NCBI RefSeq assembly: GCF_000143415.4
Contig: NW_003314267.1
Location: 1,810,100 to 1,874,099, forward strand
Reading direction: 5' to 3'
Source of the DNA: Selaginella moellendorffii
Lineage: Eukaryota; Plantae; Lycopodiophyta
Length of the DNA stretch: 64,000 nucleotides
The stretch's first letter is position 1. Each line of letters opens with the position of its first letter. Below, piece after piece: positions 55,577 to 64,000 of this stretch. The position numbers were made by a program, and so were the translations under genes. The notes below the pieces were generated by a model that saw only the letters and a program-made list of their open reading frames with translations, had not been told where the DNA came from and did not search any database.

Positions 55577-56939
55577 ACATATAATTCTCTTAAAACATAA
55601 AATTTTTTTGGTTTGCTTAATTGAAACTGTAGGGTAGTGGATATATCTAGAATAGGCTTAGATATTCTAGGATATTCTACCATTTAATAGTTGTTATTCA
55701 TTTAGGTTGTATTTATAATTTATAAACTTTTTTACACACTTGTTAGTATATTCTTATTTATTCTACCATCAAATGGGTGATATGCAATGAGCTTAATCTT
55801 TTTTTATAAATTATAAAAATGTTTGTAATTATTGATTAATTATATTATTAGATTAATAGTTCAATAATAATGACACTACTATTAAGAAAACCAAATGTTG
55901 CTGCATGTAGCACACAGAGTTGTTATTCTTAACATAGATAGTTATTGTGATTTCTATTAAATTCTATTATCTGTATTCAATTTTTTAAAATGTGCTATTA
56001 TATCAAGCCCATTATAGGTAGATTTTAAACACAAAAAGATATATATTTCATAGAATATTTATTGTTAATATATTTAATATTTTCAATTTAGATTAGATAT
56101 ATAACTACAATGAAAAATATATTAGGTTCTTCTTATAAAAGGTATATAAAAAGCACTTTTAAAAATTTTAGTGGTTTTGTTAAGGCAATAGATACACAAT
56201 AGCTTTGCCAAGGTACACAGTGGCTTTTAGCACCATGGTTCCCATACTAAGGCCATGGATCTAGGCAGCCTTGAGTGCCATAGGTGACATGGTTACATTG
56301 AGCTAGCTCTAATCCCTTAAGGGATGTTAGGAATTTAAATGTTTGGTGTGTTTAGTTATTTACATTTGTGAAGAATGTAACTAAACCTTAAATCCAATCT
56401 AAACTAAGGAGGGGAATTGAAAGAGAGTTTATGAACCCATGGAGGAATGATTAACATTTTGTTGCTTGTGTAGTGAGTGGTTAAATCCAAGTAGAATTAA
56501 GTAAGAGCTAGTATAATAGATATGAACTTTGGCAAAGAAACTTAATTAAAACCAAAATAAAGGTGGTCAGACAAATGAGGTAAGTTGGCAAATTAAAAAA
56601 TGAAAACTTATGATTTATATCATAGTGTTATGTTAGTTAAAGAACATCATCAAGGGTGCTAGGGCAAATGTATACACAGGCCTTACAAGATCTTGATAAA
56701 GTGTTGTTCATGACATGCCTAACTTAATGCACTCATGGGGTGATTTTGATATTTGCATGAGTTTCTTGTTTTCAAAACATAGCATTGTAGTGGTACAATA
56801 GTTTGCCTGTGGCCACTTTTTTTGATGGAAACCTTCTAAACATTTTCAAGTATGTATTTGGACATGTTAATTATTATACAGATGAAGTATATTTTCTTCA
56901 TCAAGGGACTGTTTGAGTCCATTATGCATTTTTGTGTTT

Positions 56940-57380
56940 TTCAAGACTTCCAAAGAAGAAATCCAAGGATTAGTAATAAAAGTAGAAGGAACTATACTAT
57001 ATATTATATATTGCTATTAGTTGTATTTGATTGTCCAATTGAAATAACATAACATCAAATAATTAAACCAACTACTGCTCTAAAGTTAAAGGAGGAGGAA
57101 GAAATAGAAAAGCTATGAAAACAAGAGAGATTTAGCCTATGCAAAAAATGAGATTTAAAAAAAATTCAAAAATCCAAGTACTCCTCAAGGATAACCCCTC
57201 ATCTCCACTAATATAAGTGTATAGAATATAGAAATAAATGAAAGCCATATTTGTATAGTATTACACTATATAAACTAGAAACACAAAAATTTCCTCTAAA
57301 GCACTACAACTCATGGCTGCTAAAATCCCACTATATTAATAATAATATATGGCATTGTATTTGTATACCTAGACCTCACA
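56940..57380 (-). mobile_element. Eroded family-A 5' LTR, PBS and gag start
   Basis: Ends AAAATCCCACTA...ACCTCACA like the A LTR. CCCCTCATCTCCACTA PBS. 56950-57100 resembles 41140-41300. Confidence 0.7.
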
Positions 57381-57760
57381 CTTTATTCATAAATAAACAA
57401 AGAAATAATATTGTATGATAACTTAATTGTCCTACTTTCTAACATAACCTAAAGGCAAATATTGCTAATATAAATTTAAACTTATAATAAAATTTAGTAT
57501 TAATTTATGAAAGAGATTTATAAGTTAAATTTTATTGCATCAGGACCTAATAAACAGTGTTTTTGCACCTACCACCTGAGACAAGTCGTGGAACTCGAAA
57601 TTACTTGCCTGTATGACCTGCCAATGCAGATGGAATGACCTGTCAGTGGCTTTAAATGCTCACGCGGAGATTTGCTCTTCACCGCGTGCAAGTCAAACTC
57701 ACGAGAGTTTTAACTTGGATGCACAGCTTGTCTGAAGAATTATCTTTTGAGGGCCCATTC

Positions 57761-58134
57761 ATGTCGTCTCCAACTGTAGCAGCACAAAAAAACCTCCTCG
57801 TTGCCACGCTTGTGCTTCTTCTCGTAGCGATTTCTAGCGGGAACACCAACAGCAAATCACCCGTGGTATGTATGAAAATCTTCCAGCTTACCTAAGATGT
57901 TTGATGGTTTTCCAGAGCAAAGGCAGGATGTTTCGCCAAGACTATCCCGATGTCGATCCAAGCCCTCGGTCATGGGTACCAGTGAGACCGGGAAAAGTCT
58001 CCTACAAAAGGCTCGTTCCTAGCCCTCCTCCACCTCCAAAAAGTTCGCTCTCGCCTCCGCCGGCACCAAGTCCTCTCCCGGAACCACAGGGACGTCGGAG
58101 GACCAAAAGGACGTTGCCAAGCTCACGAAATTGA
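57761..58134 (+). CDS. Small secreted peptide precursor, TWS1/CIF-like (2 exons; intron 57866-57915)
   Basis: Spliced MSSPTVAAQKNLLVATLVLLLVAISSGNTNSKSPV-SKGRMFRQDYPDVDPSPRSWVPVRPGKVSYKRLVPSPPPPPK...*: signal peptide, DY motif, Pro-rich tail. Phase-0 GTATGT..TTCCAG 50-nt intron. Confidence 0.72.
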
Positions 58135-59968
58135 CGTCTTCACCAGCCAAGTGTATCAGAGTTTCCAGTCGTAAAGCCAACGAGTGATTGCAGAGCCAGC
58201 CTCGCTCCTGACTTGTTCCAATGGATTTTTTGGAAATTCTAAGTCGAAGTTTCCTTCTTCCGGCTTGAATTACACCTAGTCATGCTGCGACACCTCGAAG
58301 AGCTTGCCTGCACAGTCGTCTTCCGGCTTGAAAGATACCGAGTCCACCTCAAAGAGCTTGTCTGGACTGTCGTATCCTTGGTTGTATCCGACCTCCGAGA
58401 TATCAAACCGCCAGCCGACCTGAGTTCTTCTTGATCTGAGTTCTTCGCAGTCGAATGGCCGTCGTCTTCAAGCTGTGAATCGTTTCCATCTATCGAATGC
58501 AGTCCCAATGTATCCTCGTGACTTCAAAGCTCAATTTTTCTTCTTCCGGAATATAGCGACGAGAGTAAGTCCTGGAACAGCTGGCCTGGACTCTGTCTCG
58601 ATACTCTGGCTTGAGAGATCTACATTCCGGAGCCGTCCAGCACTCCATGCCGATCTTGGCATCTCCTTGACGTTCCAGTTTTTCAGGTCTGAATCTCCGT
58701 CGGCTGTGAATGACTCTCAACATGCCCCGCCCAATCTGCATTATTGTCATCCGGAACTCCACGCTAATTCCGTCATCTCCTGGATATTCCAGTTCTTCAA
58801 AGTGAGAATTTCTTTTGTCTTCAAGCAGCAAGGGACTTCAAGTGGAAGTAGTTTATGGCCTTTTTGCTCGCACGAGATGGCCGGATTAACGACTCTAGGA
58901 GGCCTGGAAAATAAAATTTCCGGATTTCTAGATTTTGGGAGAATCTGTTTTTCCCAAGTGCCCAATGAACTTTTGTACCATTAAAGAATTCTCAACTGGA
59001 TACAAAGAATCACAACATGATGTGAATATCGTTTCTTTATACATGGTTTTTTAATATTTTTTTTATATGTTTTTCATGTAACTCTCGCAAAAACTATATA
59101 GTTTGAAGAAAATGAAACTAGGTGAACCAATTATGCATATAGTTTGCATATACATGTTTTGACATGATTTTATCAAAGCATAGTTATAAAACTAGAAATG
59201 AATCTAGTTATCAGAAGTATATTATATATTTAATAATTTGCTGTGTGTTGCATGCAATAAAGTTTGGTTTGCTTATTAATATTTCTTCTTAGTTATTAAT
59301 CATATTGATCAATTGAAAATTTCATAGTTATGAACATATTTATAATTTGGATTAATCTTAAACATTAGAATAAACTAGAATATACTAGAAAGTGTTTAGG
59401 AATTTTATAAATTATAAATACATGATTAATATAAATAAATAAAAACCATTAGATGATAGAATATCCAAGAATATTTTAGGTATATCCACTACTATATTTA
59501 AGCAAACAAAAAATGAACCTACTTTTTACTGTAGTTAAAATATGATTATTGCCTAAACTTTGAAAGACACTTCATTTATTTTATTTGAAGGGCTGAGATT
59601 AAAGATGCCCTTCATGTTGCAAGGTTCAAATAAAAAATTACACTTCTTAAGAAAGGTAGAAAAATATTTTAACTATCAAAACAATATGTATCAATTAATT
59701 ACTTGTGATGATAAATCAATTTAGGATAACAACATTAAAATTTCTGTATGGTTATTATGATTATTCTTATAGCATGGTAATAAAAGACATAATAAAATTT
59801 TCCATCCAAATCTGTTAATTATTGTAGAACATTTAAATCACCATTAAACACATATAACTCTACCACCAAATTTAGCCATTAATTACCCTTTTATGGCAAT
59901 AAATATATGGTTATGCATGGGAGCATTATATATTTACATATATGCAAATTTGTTTTTTTGGTTTTAAG

Positions 59969-60130
59969 TGTAATGCACATTATCTCTTTCCCCTTAAACC
60001 AACTGGAAAAGGGATAATTGTTTGATAAGAGAACCCTTAGTGGCTATTTTATCCCCATTTATCCCCCAATGTTCTAAAGATTCACGGTGACAGTATATCC
60101 AAATTTTATCCTATGATCACATGCACTACA
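59969..60130 (-). mobile_element. 162-bp solo LTR (family D)
   Basis: TGTAATGCA...TGCACTACA termini with TSD TTAAG (59964-59968, 60131-60135). Confidence 0.82.
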
Positions 60131-60999
60131 TTAAGTTACATGCAAAAATATTATGCACACAATCACATTTCAATTGCTATATAAGAAAATGAAACATGAT
60201 TATGTGTATAATTTTTTTATAATGGGATATGCCATGGAGCATGACATCTTAGATTGTCATGCAAGACATCTCAAACAACATAAAATCACCACAAATTTAG
60301 CAAGGCTTTTTCAGTTTCATTCTTGTGTTTTTTAGTGTAAATTTGTGATTTTTTAATTGTGATCAATCTCTCTCCTCTTTTGCACATTATATCATTTGCC
60401 TTTCATTTCACATGGCTATGCCTCATTTCCCATAGCTTGGAGGTATATTCAATTGTAACATGCACTAATGTAAGTATAGTGCTTTGATTGCTCTTTCAAG
60501 TGCTTTTTATTTATCATGAGTTATTTGCAACAACACTTTAATTTAGATAGCGATTGATTAGTGTAGAGGTGGGCGTGATTGATTAAAAGTGCAAAAGTGA
60601 GTGTAAAATGTTTTATTGAATATTTAAGGTGTTGAATGCAATGGTTTTTCTGTGAGAAAGTGGATCTTTTTGTCAATACAATAAAACATCAGTTTTATTG
60701 ATTTTTCACATTCTTAATCACACATACATATTTACAATGATTTGTTGTGCTTGGGCATGTTAGTTTGTTATACTAGAAGGTATTTGGTGTAGTTTTATTA
60801 TTTTTACTGATATATAAAATTGATATGAGTTTTGGTAAAAAAAAAAAAAGTGAAACTGATATGCATTTTATATAGTAGTTTTACTTCATGGTTTTTCTTA
60901 CTAGTTTGATATGTAGTTTATAACAGTTATTTTATATACTAGTTCAACATATAGTTTGATATATAACATTTCTAGTTCATTACAGTTTTGTAGGTTCCC

Positions 61000-62735
61000 T
61001 ACTGGCATCGTGGAGGAGATAAAGTTCCAGTGCCTTATCTGAACCCAGCCGCTGTAGGCCAAGAGTTGCTTTGTTCTTCAGCTGGTTCAACAGTGTCACG
61101 TCGTCTCACCATCTCAGCCAATAAGCGCTGCATACGAGCCTGCAGCTTCTCATTAGGCAGGTGACTGCAAACAGACACGTCAGTGGAGAAGCAAAGGAAT
61201 ATTTCATTTTCTTACCTTAGTTCTTCCTCCTCCACTTCAGGAGCCCCACTCACGCGGCCTTGCAACTTGATGAAGGCGTTCCGCCTCCAAAATGCTCTTC
61301 TGGCATCGTCGGGCCGCCATGATAGTACTTTATCACCAACGACGACTCTTAGCATGGCCTCCATAAAGAAATGAGACTCCGGACTCGAATAGCTGGAGTT
61401 CCCAGTTGGTAAGGGGTACCACTAGAAAGAACAAAGTACAAGATTGAATTGCGCAAAATTAAATTGACCATACCTTTTCAGCGATATAGAAGTCCCCCAC
61501 AAGGTATTTGTTCGTGGGATATCGCTTGGGATGATAATCATTCCAAAGTTCCAGTTCTGCGATTCCATCGTCAAGGGACTTGATCAAATCCGATTCGCTC
61601 TTGGGCTCTACTCCTTTCTCGTCGCAATGTTCTGCAAAATACTGATGAAGAACAAGGTTTCAGGCACAGCCTCATCATGTACCGGTATAGCGAAGATACG
61701 AGGCTGGCGAGATTGTGTTTTCGGAGACTTCCACGAGGCCATGCACGTCTAGAACACCATACGTGTAAGAGGAGCCACCAAAGATAGGAAGGTAGACTGG
61801 GTCGTAGTGGCCATGGGCAATGTTGTGCCGAACTTCGACTCGGCCATACCCAACATTCTGTGAGCATAGAAACTAAAATAAGCAAAAGAAATGAGAAAAA
61901 TGGAAGCCTGCACCTGAAAGACTGCTTGGTCGCATTCATTTGCCTTACACTCAGCGATGAAGGGGCACAGCTCGGACTTCAGTTGGCCCTTCTTCCTCTT
62001 GGATAGCTTTGGATCTTTGAAAACGCAAGGCTTGTGTGTCCTGAACTTGATGTCCGTCCTCGCGTGCTCCGGCAAACCAAGCTCATCCTCGTTCGCCTCG
62101 GTAACTCCTTCCCTCTCAGATCCCGTAGAAAAGCTGGAAGTATCCTGTAACAGTCATATACTTCCTGTCATCTCTCATTACATGCAAGCATACGTACCAT
62201 GATGCCAATCTCCACAGCGAAGCCTTGGAGAGCGTCGTCGTCAAGCTGCTGCAAGTGCTGGACCGTTTGCAGCCCATTCATGTCACCACGCATTCGGAGC
62301 CTTTCCTTAAGATCCCGAAGCTCCGTTTCGGAGGGGGTGGACATCCAGTAGAACATCTCAACAAGGGCGAGATGCCACGGCCGCATGTTCCCCTCGGTTC
62401 TCTGCTTGGCGTAGACGCTAGCATCACAAGGCCCTCAGTTAGTATCAAACAAGCCCAGGAGCAAAAGGGTTCTCTCGGACAACGAACCTTTCCACCACTG
62501 CGAGGCGCTCCCACAGGAGGCTTGCGACGGTATCCACTGTGTCTTTGGCTATCAAGCCGCCAAAGAATTTGTTCTTTGTGCCCAGTGCTTGCAGCGAGCC
62601 CTCCGTCTCCCAGATCGTGACAAAGGGCTCCACTGCCCGCAACACCCCAATGTGGTACGAGCTTTCTGGCACATCGAATGGATTTCCTTCCCTTCCCTTA
62701 CCAGTATCGGCGCTGCGCTTGCGCTTCCCCGCCAT
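61000..62735 (-). pseudogene. Multi-exon gene relic of unrecognised family
   Basis: GC-richer island. ORF pieces MAGKRKRS..., RPWHLALVEMFYW..., PEHARTDIKF... are joined by plausible ~50-nt GT-AG introns but broken by stops. Confidence 0.4.
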
Positions 62736-63185
62736 TAGGGTAAACGATAGTTCTTAAAATTTACATATGCCATGATCGGACGGTCGGTTATGCATGTTTA
62801 CCTTTTGGGTGAGTTTCTTTTTTAAATAACTTTTGCTTAGCTAGAATATTCGACAAATATTGCTGGGAAACAACTCAAGGTACCTATATCATTTGAAGAA
62901 CCTGGTTTTGCCTGCTCGATTTTCAGGCTCAGCAGCAATGTCCGAGCAGACTCTCATCGACCAATAGCTGAGCTCAATGATAAAGATTGATTCCAGGAGA
63001 TGGATATATTCTTTTTTTCGCCTCCCGATAGCCCTCTTCCTCCATTTTCTCGTTCTTCGAATCCTCTCCTACCGCAAGCCCCTGGCGGCGCCGGAGAACG
63101 CATCGATGCTGCCAGAGATGTTCCCGAGCAATCTGTTAAAAAAAAAAAAGCTTGAAGCGGAGAAGAGAAACAAAAAAAGAGAAAA

Positions 63186-63363
63186 TTACCTCTTGCGACG
63201 CTGGAGAACGAAATCCTCAGCTGTGCCTCGCAGAAGTTGTATTGTCTCGCCACGAATGGGCCAGCCTCGATCCCCTGGCGGTGTTTGTATGGAACCACTC
63301 TTTCTTCTTGAAGATACAAGGAATGCAGCCGCCACAGGGATCACAAGCAGCAAGGAGAGCCAT
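63186..63363 (-). pseudogene. Orphan, frameshifted first exon of the P450 duplicate
   Basis: LLLVIPVAAAFLVSSRRKSGSIQTPPGDRGWPIRGETIQLLRGTAEDFVLQRRKR matches exon 1 at 47886-48070. The ATG is out of frame after a small deletion, and no downstream exons follow. Confidence 0.85.
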
Positions 63364-63671
63364 AACCTCTCTCCTTGGAACCTGATAGCTTCTTGCAATG
63401 TTTCGGACCAAAACCTGATAGCTTCTTGCAATGTTTCGGACCAAACGAGGACTTCTGTAACTTTTTCCGTTTCGGCAATTTCTCAAAAGAAATGCCGCCT
63501 ATATGTTACTCATCAAACGAGAATCTGGAACAAGCTAAATGTCTTTTGACAGCATAAGAAACGTTGGCATCACCTCGAGCGAGCTATTTAATCTGCATTT
63601 TCCAGTTATTGACACGTCTGTAAATCCACAAAATTATAAGATCGATCATAAGCAGCTAGCTTAGCTTAGCT

Positions 63672-64000
63672 TCAAAGCAAGTGCTTTCGGAACCAAGCTA
63701 TAAAGTCTTCGTGAGCCTCCTCTGCGTTCTTCACGGCGGTTTCGCTATTCACATCGTAGCGGACAGTCCAGCCATGAGCAGTTCCTGGGAAAACCTTGAC
63801 AAAGTGATCCTGCGGAGGCAAGGGATTGTCAGATGAACATAGAGAAAGAACAAGAAAATGAGTGGAAGGAGAAAACTTTACCTGGTTTCCATGCTCGAGG
63901 TGTTTCTTAAATTCATTCACCATATCTACTGGCGTTACATGATCGGTTTCAGCGGCGAGGATCGCCAGTGGTGCCTTGCATGCTGCATAGAAAATTTCTC
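63672..64000 (-). CDS. Dienelactone hydrolase family (carboxymethylenebutenolidase-like), last exons; gene continues beyond the window
   Basis: KAPLAILAAETDHVTP and HFVKVFPGTAHGWTVRY..AEEAHEDFIAWFRKHLL* (catalytic Asp and His motifs). Confidence 0.85.
   Translation of the reverse strand, partial: EIFYAACKAPLAILAAETDHVTPVDMVNEFKKHLEHGNQVKFSPSTHFLVLSLCSSDNPLPPQDHFVKVFPGTAHGWTVRYDVNSETAVKNAEEAHEDFIAWFRKHLL

Noticed and set aside
58003-58040. CLE peptide motif (KRLVPSPPPP)
   Set aside because: It matches only RLVPS and lacks the GP(N/D)PLH(N/H) half. The upstream DY motif explains the gene better.
58239-58984. Short ORFs in the GC-richer island after the peptide gene
   Set aside because: No recognisable motif or consistent exon structure; they cannot be supported as genes.

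Overview
Compact, intron-containing land-plant nuclear DNA. It is very probably a lycophyte (Selaginella-like), inferred from ~50-60 nt introns, tiny intergenic gaps, long intronless PLS/SS-type PPR genes and the retroelement types. 0.5-21.7 kb is gene-dense: two PPR genes, a RAM1-like GRAS factor, DEG8 protease, an S1/zinc-knuckle protein, a small membrane protein, a cyanobacterial-type GIY-YIG protein, tRNA-Ser, intron-containing tRNA-Tyr, a LIP2-like gene lacking the catalytic Lys, a HAS1-type DEAD-box helicase, homoserine kinase and an LTO1/Yae1-family gene. 23.0-41.7 kb is a four-element transposon nest. An old tRNA-Ala-primed Ty3/gypsy element (A, minus strand) is interrupted by an intact 8.1-kb L1-clade LINE with its poly(A) at the 5' end, and by a chromovirus (B) whose primer site is complementary to its own LTR (self-priming). 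B is in turn interrupted by a Cassandra-type TRIM with 5S rRNA sequence in identical LTRs. After the nest come an MscS-like channel, a CYP85-clan P450 with pseudogene fragments and a retroelement graveyard, including a 1.84-kb solo LTR carrying a tandem-repeat array. An unannotated two-exon gene encodes a TWS1/CIF-like sulfopeptide precursor, and the window ends in the 3' part of a dienelactone-hydrolase-family gene. All calls were made by eye; no searches were run.
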